Shown here: positions 16,433-25,107 of the stretch, one piece after another | Layout: the number at the start of each line of letters is the position of its first letter | Numbering within the stretch: position 1 is the stretch's first letter | Program-made: the position numbers and the translations under genes | NCBI GenBank assembly: GCA_037441385.1 | Contig: JBBISH010000087.1 | Span: forward strand, 1-28,663 | Direction: 5' to 3' | DNA length: 28,663 nucleotides | DNA from: Myxococcales bacterium | GTDB taxonomy: Bacteria; Myxococcota_A; UBA9042 | Notes under the pieces: generated by a model | Databases searched by the model: none | What the model was told of the DNA's origin: nothing | What the model saw: the letters and a program-made list of their open reading frames with translations, nothing else

Positions 16433-18282
16433 GGCTGCCTCCGCGGCACGTGGGGGTTGCGGTGGCACTGCTCGCACGCAGTCACGCCGATGCGGTAGAA
16501 CGTGACGTCGCGACCGTCGGCGGCTGGCCGATCGGGGTGGCATTTGGCGCAGGCCACCTGCATGTGGCGGCCATCCAGGGCAAAGCGCGTGCGGTTGTGG
16601 TCAAACTTGGCGATCTTGAAGGTGGCCTCTGGCCGGTGGCAGTCGTCGCAGCCGCGGACGGGATCGCTGGCGACAAACTGCCCGGCATGGCGGTCGGCGT
16701 GGCAACCCTGGCAACTCTGCTTGCTGCTTGCGAATTGGACGGGTTGGCCGGGAGCTGGGCGCAGGTGGCAGGCTTGGCAGGTGGGCTTGGCGTGGCCGCC
16801 GACCAGGGCAAAGCGGGTCTTGTTGTGGTCGAAGCGCGGCGCCGGCACAAAGGCTTGGTTGGTGTGGCACGTCTCGCACGGCCGCACCTGGTCGCCCTGG
16901 CGGAACTGCCCGCCGTGCACATCTTTGTGGCAGCCTGCGCAGTCCTGCGGTAGGTCGCGCAACTGGGCGACTTTGCCTCCGTCTGGCGCGACTTCCCCGC
17001 CCTTTTGCTGCGGGCGGTGGCATTGCGTGCACGCGACGACCCGGTGGGCGCCCTCGAGCGGGTAGCGCGCTTGACCGTGTTGGTCCACACCGTAGTCGGC
17101 GGGCGCAAAACCCTGCACGCTGTGGCAGGTCTCGCACCGATCGCCCTTGGCCACGGACTTGAACGGGCCGCCGTGCGGATCCTTGTGGCAGTCCAGGCAC
17201 GTGTCGCCGTCGCGGCCAAGGTACTTCTTGCCGTAGCTGCCGGTGCCCGAGTGGCAGCTGCTGCAGGCGACCTTTTTGTGCATGCCCACCAGCGGATAGT
17301 GGGTGCTGTCGTGGTTCCAAGGTGCGCCAGACAACATACGAAAATCCATGAAACCGTGACACTTCTTGCAGTCCGCGCCAAACCGCCGCTCGTGGGGATC
17401 TTTGTGGCAGGCGGCGCAGGCCGCGTCGACCGGACCAAAGCCCGGCTTGCCGCCGGCCTTGGCGGCGTTGGTCGACGTCTTGTGGCACTTCTCGCAAGCA
17501 ATTTCTGCGTGTTGCCCAAGAAGTGGCAAGCGCGTGCGCTGGTGCAATTCCAGCGCCGAGCCGCGGCTGACCTTGGCCCAGTCGTCGTTGCTGTGGCAAT
17601 CCTTGCAGTCCCTGCCGCCGGCGTGTCCCGCCTTGGGTTCGCGGTGGCAGTCGGCGCAGGCGGCAAAGGCGATGCCGCGGAATTTTCCCTTGATACCGGT
17701 AGCTTCGTGGCATTTTTGGCACGCGACGTTCTTGTGCTTGCCCACCAACTTCATGCGCGCCGTGTCGTGGCTGAAGCGGTCGGCCCCGGCGAACTTCTTG
17801 TCGCTGTGGCAGCCTTCGCACTTGTTGCCCAGGCTGGGTTGGTGGCTGTCGCGGTGGCAGTTGCTACAGGCGGTCTTCAGCCCCATCCAGTGCTGCGGCA
17901 CAGCGTGACAGTTCTTGCAGGCAACGATGGCGTGCGCACCTTGCAGCGCAAAGCCCGTGTCGCCGTGGTCAAAGGTCTTAGGCGGAGTCCAGCGCACCAT
18001 GGCAAAATCGCGTCCACGGTGATCGCGGTGGCAGCCGGCGCAGGTCTTCTTGGCTTCTTGTGCTTGATTCCAGTGGAATTTTGAAGTCTTGGCTGCTTTG
18101 TGGCACTCAAGACATTTGTCGTCGTTGGCGCCCTTGCCCTCGGTGTGGCACTTCTCGCACTGCTCGTTGTACTTGGCGTGGGCGCTAGCAAGCGGGCCGG
18201 GCGAGGTGAACTCCTGCCCCACCGCCACAGCGCTCCAGAGCCACGCGGCCGCCGTCACCAGCAAACTGATCCGTAGCGGCAT
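16429..18282 (-). CDS. Periplasmic multiheme cytochrome c (23 CxxCH)
   Basis: Signal peptide, SPGPLASAH N-terminus, and 23 CxxCH in tri-heme units with [FY][PA]LxGxH and DxH distal histidines. Confidence 0.94.
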   Translation of the reverse strand: MPLRISLLVTAAAWLWSAVAVGQEFTSPGPLASAHAKYNEQCEKCHTEGKGANDDKCLECHKAAKTSKFHWNQAQEAKKTCAGCHRDHRGRDFAMVRWTPPKTFDHGDTGFALQGAHAIVACKNCHAVPQHWMGLKTACSNCHRDSHQPSLGNKCEGCHSDKKFAGADRFSHDTARMKLVGKHKNVACQKCHEATGIKGKFRGIAFAACADCHREPKAGHAGGRDCKDCHSNDDWAKVSRGSALELHQRTRLPLLGQHAEIACEKCHKTSTNAAKAGGKPGFGPVDAACAACHKDPHERRFGADCKKCHGFMDFRMLSGAPWNHDSTHYPLVGMHKKVACSSCHSGTGSYGKKYLGRDGDTCLDCHKDPHGGPFKSVAKGDRCETCHSVQGFAPADYGVDQHGQARYPLEGAHRVVACTQCHRPQQKGGEVAPDGGKVAQLRDLPQDCAGCHKDVHGGQFRQGDQVRPCETCHTNQAFVPAPRFDHNKTRFALVGGHAKPTCQACHLRPAPGQPVQFASSKQSCQGCHADRHAGQFVASDPVRGCDDCHRPEATFKIAKFDHNRTRFALDGRHMQVACAKCHPDRPAADGRDVTFYRIGVTACEQCHRNPHVPRRQP

Positions 18283-18478
18283 CCAGAAGCACTCCCACCG
18301 CCCGATCGTTGCCCAAGGCGGCCCAAGGCGACGATAGCGATGGACTGACCGCCCCAGTATGGGATTTGTCTAAGGTTTCTCTTAGAGAGCCACCGCCGAT
18401 CCATGTCGGTAGCGCGATTTTCCCGTTCTGCAACCCACGAGAATTGGGTGTGGGCCCCAGTTCATACGAACCCTGTCG

Positions 18479-18589
18479 GATTCACGCCTGTACGGTTTCC
18501 CTGACCAAGCTTGCAACAGGCGAGAATCAGACGGGAACCCCGGTTCGGGCCCGAAGAGTTGCGGGAATTTTCGCGCCGATTCAGACGGA
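18479..18589 (-). repeat. 111-bp non-coding repeat, copy B
   Basis: Reverse complement is 80% identical to 6200-6310, and the last 17 nt (CCGTACAGGCGTGAATC) are identical. Confidence 0.9.
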
Positions 18590-18596
18590 TTCGAGA

Positions 18597-19862
18597 TCAG
18601 TCGATGCGGAAGTAGAAGCTCTTGCCCACGCGGTGAATGGCGCCGCGCTGCAGGACCTTTTCGTCGGCGGGCACGGCTCGCCAGCGGCTGCGCTCTTTGA
18701 CTTCCAGATCGGTGCGCGCCTCGATGCGAATGTCGTTGCCCTGGGCGTGCAAAACCAAGACGCCGCCACTGCCGCGCCGCACGGTCATGCCGCTGCCGTC
18801 GAACGTGCAGGTGGCCGAGCGATAGAAACCGCGCCGCCCGCCCGGCGCCGAGTACAGCGGCCGGCCGCCGTCGCGCGCCAAGTGGCTCTCTTGCGCGCCC
18901 ACAAATAGCACCGCCGACTTGGGGAAGGAGTGCGGCTTCAAGAAGCCCACCAAAATGAAGATGAACAGCGCCAGGCCGATCGCGCCGGCCAGGAAGGGCC
19001 AGTAGCAGAACCACATCGGGTTGGCCGTGACCGCAGCCTTCAGCAGCACGGCGGTGGCGCGGTCGGCCTCGACCAGGCCCTTGCCCACGGGCGCCAACAG
19101 CACTGCTTCTTGGGTGTCGGCGGGCACCGGCTGGCAGCGCGGCGCCGCGTAGCAGAGTTCCAAGGGCTTGTCGGCCGCCCAGGCAATGGCGATCGCCGGC
19201 GCGCCGTGCTCCAGGGGGTACAGCGGCGAGCCGGTGCCCTGTCGCACATGCACGCGGAGCTCGGGCCAGCCTTTGAGACCGCCGGGCTGCGCGGCCGGGC
19301 GAGATAGCGCCAATTTCTGGCCGCCGCGGAGCTGCTGGCTGCCGCTCAAGTCCACCGGTTTGCAGTGCTCGTCCAGGGCGCAACCCGAGAGGACTTGGGC
19401 AAAATCTAGACCAGCCCCGGCCTTGAGGCGCACGTTGGGCAGCACGGTAATCGTGATCGCCGGGCCTTGCTGCAGCGCACCGCCCACCTTGGCCTGCAGC
19501 CGCGCGTGCAAGGTGCCGCTGGCGGGCGCCGTCCACTGCAGCTTGAAGTCACCGCCGTCGCGCGTCAGGGGCGTGGTCTTGCCGTCGACCTCCAGCTCCA
19601 ACGAATCAAGCTGGCTCTTGAGCCACGCGTCGGATACCGGTTGGCTGTCGCTGCGGCGAATCTTTAGCGTTCGCGCAAGGTTGGTGCCTTCCAGGACTTC
19701 GGCGGGCAGCGGCGGCGGCGGCAGATTCCAGCCGTCTGACAGCGGTTCGCCTGCGGCCCATGCCGGCGCGGTGGTCGGCGGCGCTACCAAGAGGGCCGCG
19801 ACCAAAACGGCCCAGGCCACCAGGAGTCTTGGCAGTGCTCGTTGGCAGACCCTTGGCAACAT
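18597..19862 (-). CDS. Exported single-pass membrane protein of unknown function
   Basis: Likely start MLPRVCQ at 19862, since the longer ORF overlaps the tRNA. Signal peptide, beta-rich ectodomain with paired Cys, TM helix (FLAGAIGLALFIFILVGFL) and a cytoplasmic tail of about 115 aa. Confidence 0.7.
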   Translation of the reverse strand: MLPRVCQRALPRLLVAWAVLVAALLVAPPTTAPAWAAGEPLSDGWNLPPPPLPAEVLEGTNLARTLKIRRSDSQPVSDAWLKSQLDSLELEVDGKTTPLTRDGGDFKLQWTAPASGTLHARLQAKVGGALQQGPAITITVLPNVRLKAGAGLDFAQVLSGCALDEHCKPVDLSGSQQLRGGQKLALSRPAAQPGGLKGWPELRVHVRQGTGSPLYPLEHGAPAIAIAWAADKPLELCYAAPRCQPVPADTQEAVLLAPVGKGLVEADRATAVLLKAAVTANPMWFCYWPFLAGAIGLALFIFILVGFLKPHSFPKSAVLFVGAQESHLARDGGRPLYSAPGGRRGFYRSATCTFDGSGMTVRRGSGGVLVLHAQGNDIRIEARTDLEVKERSRWRAVPADEKVLQRGAIHRVGKSFYFRID

Positions 19863-19898
19863 GCTGGAATCCAGCGCAAACGCGGTGTTTGGGTGCGG

Positions 19899-19970
19899 AG
19901 CGGGCGACGGGATTCGAACCCGCAACATCCAGCTTGGGAAGCTAGCGCTCTACCGTTGAGCTACGCCCGC
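19899..19970 (-). tRNA. tRNA-Gly (anticodon CCC)
   Basis: GCGGGCGTAGCTCAACGGTAGAGCGCTAGCTTCCCAAGCTGGATGTTGCGGGTTCGAATCCCGTCGCCCGCT forms a cloverleaf with GTTCGAATC T-loop and U discriminator. It is followed by CCG, so CCA is not fully encoded. Confidence 0.97.
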
Positions 19971-20020
19971 ACTTGGGGTACTTGCGCCGTCGTGGCCTTG
20001 CGAAGCGACGACGCGGCTGT

Positions 20021-20050
20021 CAAATACCCCTTTCTGGCCCCTCGTGTCAA
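20021..20050 (-). promoter_or_regulatory. Candidate promoter for the tRNA
   Basis: TTGACA (20050-20045), 18 bp, then TATTTG. The -10 match is weak. Confidence 0.35.
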
Positions 20051-20068
20051 CGCCTGCCGCGCCGAGGC

Positions 20069-20635
20069 TCAGTTGACGGTGACCTTCATCGCCAGCTTTT
20101 CGTCGCGCAGCATGTAGCACTGCTCGCTGCTGCAGACCGAGAAGCTGCCTACGATCTCCAGGTTGCCCGAACCGGCCGCCAAGCCTTGCAGAGGCACGCT
20201 GACCACACCGGTCTCGCCCTCGATCTTGACCTCGCCGCCCTTGGTGCTCAGCTTGTCCTTGGTCGATTTGGCGAACGCTGCCGCCGTGACCGCGAACTTG
20301 GCCGGGTACTCGGCGTTGAAGTGCAGGCCCGCTGCGGGCTTGATGGTCAGCTTGAACTCGCCGGTCGCGCCGACCTTCAGGGTCACCGCGTCCGCGACCA
20401 CCGTGTATTGCTTGTCGCCGGCCGGCGCCGCCTCGGGCTGAGCTTGACCCGCTGCGGGCGCAGCCACGGCCGGGGCTCCAGCTTGGGGGGCCTGGCCCTG
20501 CGGAGCTTGTGCCTGCGGGGCAGCCGCTCCGGGTTGGGCGGCGGATCCGGGCTGGACCGCCTGACCTTCGCGATTGCAGGCCACCACCGCGGCCAAGCTC
20601 ATCGCCACCACACTCGCCATCCACAACGTCCGCAT
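20069..20635 (-). CDS. Lipoprotein with Ala/Pro/Gln linker and DsbD-N-like Ig domain
   Basis: AGGAG RBS, lipobox VVA-C, low-complexity linker, then GLHFNAEYP...FSVCSSEQCY with a terminal Cys pair. Confidence 0.7.
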   Translation of the reverse strand: MRTLWMASVVAMSLAAVVACNREGQAVQPGSAAQPGAAAPQAQAPQGQAPQAGAPAVAAPAAGQAQPEAAPAGDKQYTVVADAVTLKVGATGEFKLTIKPAAGLHFNAEYPAKFAVTAAAFAKSTKDKLSTKGGEVKIEGETGVVSVPLQGLAAGSGNLEIVGSFSVCSSEQCYMLRDEKLAMKVTVN

Positions 20636-20712
20636 CGCTTCTCCTTGCCTCGTTAGGGCCGACGCATGCTGCGGGATGCCGGCAACTGGTGTCAACGCAC
20701 CAGCGTTCGCGG

Positions 20713-21213
20713 CTATTCCGGCAACCCGTGATCCGTGCGGTCCAGCGCGTGCACGTCGACTTTGCTTGTCGGCGCCAGGTACTTGCGCTCCAAGGCCTCC
20801 ATCGCCTCGGCCTCGTCGGGCTGCTGGTGATCGTAGCCTAGCAAGTGCAATAGTCCGTGAATACACAGGAATGTCGCCTCGCACTGCAGATCGTAGTCGG
20901 GCGCGCCCAGCTGTTGCCGCACCAGCGCCGCCTGCCGCTCCGCCGCATCCAGCGACACCACGATCTCGCCCAGCACGTCGACGGGCAGGTCCAGATCGTC
21001 GTCTTCGTCAAAGGCGAAGCTTAGCACGTCGGTCGGTCGATCGACGCCGCGCCATTCGCGATTCAGTTCATGGATTTCGGCGTCGCCCACCCAGCTGATC
21101 GAGACCTCAGCCTCGGGCCGATCTTCAGCGCGCAGTACCGCCCGCAGGCGGGCCGAGAGGGCGCGTTGGTTGACCTTTTGCGTCGGGTGGCGCTGGTCGA
21201 AGTCAATCGGCAC
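20713..21213 (-). CDS. ybeY: rRNA maturation endoribonuclease YbeY
   Basis: LNREWRGVDRPTDVLSF and HGLLHLLGYDH. Confidence 0.97.
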   Translation of the reverse strand: MPIDFDQRHPTQKVNQRALSARLRAVLRAEDRPEAEVSISWVGDAEIHELNREWRGVDRPTDVLSFAFDEDDDLDLPVDVLGEIVVSLDAAERQAALVRQQLGAPDYDLQCEATFLCIHGLLHLLGYDHQQPDEAEAMEALERKYLAPTSKVDVHALDRTDHGLPE

Positions 21214-21240
21214 GGCGGGTTCCTCGGTTGCAGTGGGGCA

Positions 21241-23868
21241 TCAGCCGCGGCGGCCGCGTTGGGCACGCGACACCAGCGCCGTGGGCGCCTGCGGCTCGGG
21301 TTCGATGGCGTCGTCGTTCTCTTCTTCCAGCGCTGCCACGGGCGTGATCCCGGTCGGCAGCGACGACGGCAGCGCCACGGGCAAATCGGTGCGCGAACCC
21401 TCGTCGGCGTCGCGGGTTGCGCCCACTGGCGGCAGGTAGGTCGGCCGCGCGTGGTGGATGCCGACCAGCGTTTTGACAAACGCTTCCTCGACTTGTGCTA
21501 GCTCGCGCAGCGTCAAATCGCACTCGTCAAATTGCCCGTCCTCGGTCTTGGCGGCGACGATCTTCTTGACCAGGGCCTGCATGCGCGTGGCGTTGGGCTC
21601 GGGCAGCGCCTTGGCCGCCGCTTCGACCGCGTCAGCGAGCATGAGCAGGGCCGTCTCTTTGCGCTGCGGCTTGGGCCCCGGGTAGCGGAAATCGCTCTCT
21701 TGCACTTCTTCGCCCGAGTCCAGGCCGTCGCGCTGGGCCCGATGGTAGAAGTGGGCGATCAGGCTGGTGCCGTGGTGCTGGGGCACAAAATCGATGATCT
21801 CGTCCGGCAGGCCGAATTCCTTCAGCATCTTCATGCCGTCCTTGACGTGCGACTTGATGATCAACGCCGACAGGCTGGGCTTGAGACGATCGTGCGGGTT
21901 GTCGCCCGCCTGATTTTCGGCAAAGTAGCGCGGCGCCCGGGTCTTGCCCAAGTCGTGATAGTAGGCGCCCACCCGCGCCAGCAGACCGTTGGCGCCGATC
22001 GCGTCCGCCGCCGACTGCGCCAGATTGCCGACCATCACTGAATGTGTAAAGGTTCCAGGCGCTTCTGTGGCCAACTGCCGCAGCGCAGGGTGGTTCATCG
22101 ACGCGAGTTCCACCAGCTTGATGTCGGTCAGGCGGTTGAACACGGACTCGAACAGCGGCGTCGCCGCCGCCAGCAGCAAGTACGTCGAGATCCCCGAGCT
22201 CGCGCCGAGCAGCGCCAACCAGGCCGTGCGGCTGTCCAGGATCTCGTTGCTGGCGCTGCCCAACATGCCCACCGCCAAGGCCGCCACCGACGCGATGCTG
22301 CTGATGGTCAGCGTGCCCACCATCAGGTCCGAGCGCTGGCGGAATTGCCGCGCCGCCTGCACACCCGCCAGACCGGCGATCAGCGCCATCACGCCGATCA
22401 GCGCCGCCATCTCGTGCGCATCGCCCACATGCGGAGCGTTGTTGCACATCAGCGTCGCCACCACCGCGCACAGCGAGGCAAACGGCGCCGCCGTGAAGGG
22501 CCGCAAGAACAACGTGGCCAGCGACGGTCCCAGCGCGTGCGGCAGAATCACCAGCACCAGCTCGGACGGCACCGGGAGCCCCGACTCGACCAGCAGCGGC
22601 ACCACCGCCACGAAGGCGCGCAACACCGCGGCGTGCACCAGCAAAATCGCCGTCAGCAGGGCCGCATCGCGCGGGCGGTGGCGGAAGTGGTGCAGGTGGC
22701 GGCGGGCAAACAGCACGAACAGCAGCAGCGACAAGCCCAGCAGCAGGCCCGTCGCCACGTAAGCCTTGATGCTGGCTGGCTCTTCCACACCGTGCCACAT
22801 CTTGGCGACGCGGCTCTGCATCTGCGGCGTCACGACCTGACCGCGCGGGATCAGCACCTGACCTTTGGCGATCTGCACGGTGCGCGTCTTGGGCACGGCG
22901 GCGATCGCAGTCTCTTCGGCCTTGCGCGTGGCCGCGAGATCGCGCGTCAGGGTCGGCTCCACCATCGCTCGCGCCACGGAACGCACCGCGGCCTGCAGCA
23001 CCGGTTCATCCAGACGCGATGGCTTCTTTTGCTTAATAAAGTCTTGCACATAGCCGTCAGCTTTGCGCAAGGCCTGGTCTACGTCCAGCACCTCGGGTCG
23101 GCTGGCGCTGCGCCGCGAATAGGCTTGACCCGTCGTGACTTCCATGACGCCGCGGCCCAAGTCGTCGTCGAAGCGGTCGAGATCGCGCACGATGCGCTGG
23201 CTCAGCAGCACTTGGGCAATGTCGGTCAAGACCAGCTCGATTTCTTCGGAAAAACCCGCCTGCAGCAGCGCGCCAAACGTGTTGGCGGTCAACTCTTTGG
23301 GCACGGCCGCGATCTGAGCCTCGAACTCGGGGCGCAGTTTGGCCATTTCCTCGGTAAAGTGCCGCTCTGCCGCTTGCGGCGACTCGGGAACGGCTTCCAC
23401 CGGTTTGCCGTGCGGCTTGGCCTCGTGGGTCTTGTCGGGATGCACCGCGGGGGCCGTCTCTGGCGGCGGTTCGTTTTGGTGATCGCGGTCCGCTAGATAC
23501 AGACGGTAGCGCGGTCGCACCAGGCGGAACGCGTCGTGCAGGGCGTCGATGCGCCGCGTGGCCAACTGGGTGTCCAGCACGTACCGTACCGGCACGCTGC
23601 CAATGGCTTGATCGATGTGGACCTGCACGTCGGCGGCCGGCTCTTCGTCCTCAAAGTCGCGCACGGCCACGATGTCGTGGCGGGCGGGACCCAGCGGCGG
23701 GGGCTCGATGTTCGGCCGCGATGGCCCGATGAGCAGCGTCAGGACCGCCCAAGCCAGCATGGCTGCTGACCACCAACCGGCAGCCCGCCGCAACCGAGCC
23801 CGCCGCTCGCGCGTTTGCTGCTGGTCGCCCGGCAGTCCCGCCGGCACTTGGCCGCGGCGCAGGTTCAC
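21241..23868 (-). CDS. 7TM-HD phosphohydrolase (PgpH/YqfF-like, putative cyclic di-AMP phosphodiesterase)
   Basis: N-terminal TM, extracellular domain, 7TM region, then APGTFTHS, GAYYHDLGK, YFAENQ, QHHGT, FRYPGPKP and MLADAVEAA. GTG start overlaps the phoH stop. Confidence 0.9.
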   Translation of the reverse strand: MNLRRGQVPAGLPGDQQQTRERRARLRRAAGWWSAAMLAWAVLTLLIGPSRPNIEPPPLGPARHDIVAVRDFEDEEPAADVQVHIDQAIGSVPVRYVLDTQLATRRIDALHDAFRLVRPRYRLYLADRDHQNEPPPETAPAVHPDKTHEAKPHGKPVEAVPESPQAAERHFTEEMAKLRPEFEAQIAAVPKELTANTFGALLQAGFSEEIELVLTDIAQVLLSQRIVRDLDRFDDDLGRGVMEVTTGQAYSRRSASRPEVLDVDQALRKADGYVQDFIKQKKPSRLDEPVLQAAVRSVARAMVEPTLTRDLAATRKAEETAIAAVPKTRTVQIAKGQVLIPRGQVVTPQMQSRVAKMWHGVEEPASIKAYVATGLLLGLSLLLFVLFARRHLHHFRHRPRDAALLTAILLVHAAVLRAFVAVVPLLVESGLPVPSELVLVILPHALGPSLATLFLRPFTAAPFASLCAVVATLMCNNAPHVGDAHEMAALIGVMALIAGLAGVQAARQFRQRSDLMVGTLTISSIASVAALAVGMLGSASNEILDSRTAWLALLGASSGISTYLLLAAATPLFESVFNRLTDIKLVELASMNHPALRQLATEAPGTFTHSVMVGNLAQSAADAIGANGLLARVGAYYHDLGKTRAPRYFAENQAGDNPHDRLKPSLSALIIKSHVKDGMKMLKEFGLPDEIIDFVPQHHGTSLIAHFYHRAQRDGLDSGEEVQESDFRYPGPKPQRKETALLMLADAVEAAAKALPEPNATRMQALVKKIVAAKTEDGQFDECDLTLRELAQVEEAFVKTLVGIHHARPTYLPPVGATRDADEGSRTDLPVALPSSLPTGITPVAALEEENDDAIEPEPQAPTALVSRAQRGRRG

Positions 23869-24962
23869 GGCCGTGCCCCCCGATGGTGCTGGCGCAGCTC
23901 GAGCTCGCGATCTTCGCTCCACGCCTTGGCGATCGCCGCCACCAGCGGGTGCCGCACCACGTCGCCGTGGCCAAGGCGGACGACGGCCACACCGGGCAGT
24001 GCGCCCGTCACGCGCGCCGCGTGCTCCAGCCCGCACACCAGTCGCCCCCGCGGGTCCGCGTGGCCGGGCAGGTCGGTCTGGCTGGGGTCGCCGGTGATCA
24101 CCATCTTGGTGTGCTCGCCGATGCGCGTCATGACCATCAGCAACTGCTCGGGCGTGCAGTTCTGCGCTTCGTCCACGATGACGAACGCGTTGGCCAGGGT
24201 GCGTCCGCGCATAAAAGCCAGCGGTGCGGCCTCCAGTTGGCCGCGCTCCATCAGGCGCTCGACCTTGTCTACATCCATCAGCTCGGCCAGGGCGTCGTGC
24301 AGGGGCTGCAGGTACGGACTCACCTTTTCGCGCAGATCGCCCGGCAGAAAGCCCAAGCGCTCGCCCGCCTCCACCGCCGGCCGAGTCAGGACGATCTTCT
24401 TGATTTCTCGGCGCTGGAGGGCCGCCAGCGCGCAGGCCACGGCCAGCCAGGTCTTGCCGCTGCCGGCGGGGCCGATGCCAAACGTCAGGTCGTGGTTGCG
24501 GATCGCTTCCACGTACACGCGCTGGCCTTCGCTGCGCGGCTGCACCAGCCGCGCCCCATCCAGCCACTCACCCTCGTCCGTTCGACCGGTTGTCTTGCGA
24601 CGATGCGTAGCTAATTCGCGCACTTTGCCGTCATTTGCCCGGCTGATGAGCGGTTCGAGCGACCGCGGCTCGCCGCGTCCCAGCGCCATCTGCCGCAGCA
24701 GGTCCTCAAAGGTGCCGATGTCGATGGCATGGCCGCGCTGGGCGTGTGTTTGCACGGCTGCCAGGATGTCGATGGCCAAATCCGCCTCGGCGGCCGGACC
24801 CAGCACATGGAACTGCTGACCGCGCGCCAGCAATTGCAGCCCCAGCCGCTGTTCGAGCCAGCGCAAGTGCACGTCGCGCTCGCCGCACACCGCACGCGCG
24901 ACCTCGATGTCGTCGAACTGGATGGTTTTTCGCAGCCTTTCGGCGGTTGGCAACTCGGCCAT
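23865..24962 (-). CDS. phoH: PhoH-family ATPase
   Basis: GPAGSGKT, LTRPAVEAGERLGFLPG, LAFMRGRT, DEAQN, GDPSQTDLP and DVVRHPLV. Likely start MAELPT after AGGGGA. Confidence 0.95.
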   Translation of the reverse strand: MAELPTAERLRKTIQFDDIEVARAVCGERDVHLRWLEQRLGLQLLARGQQFHVLGPAAEADLAIDILAAVQTHAQRGHAIDIGTFEDLLRQMALGRGEPRSLEPLISRANDGKVRELATHRRKTTGRTDEGEWLDGARLVQPRSEGQRVYVEAIRNHDLTFGIGPAGSGKTWLAVACALAALQRREIKKIVLTRPAVEAGERLGFLPGDLREKVSPYLQPLHDALAELMDVDKVERLMERGQLEAAPLAFMRGRTLANAFVIVDEAQNCTPEQLLMVMTRIGEHTKMVITGDPSQTDLPGHADPRGRLVCGLEHAARVTGALPGVAVVRLGHGDVVRHPLVAAIAKAWSEDRELELRQHHRGARP

Positions 24963-25107
24963 ATCCCCTGTGTGCCTGCTCGGCGGTTCGCCTCCAGCAA
25001 CATAGCCGGTTTGCAGGGCGTTGGCCAGCGCCGGTTGATCCCACTGGAGCCCGCGCGTATGCTCCGGCCGCACGTCGCATCGCCAGCTTTGCGCACAGGG
25101 AAAGAAC

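Noticed and set aside
18582..18594. GACGGATTCGA as an att duplicate of the tRNA-Gly 3' end
   Set aside because: Only a short gapped match that does not include the acceptor stem.
23869..24567. N-terminal extension making the HD protein 1108 aa
   Set aside because: It overlaps phoH in another frame, and the GTGA stop/start overlap marks 23868 as the likely start. The phoH extension to 25286, which overlaps ssb, was rejected for the same reason.
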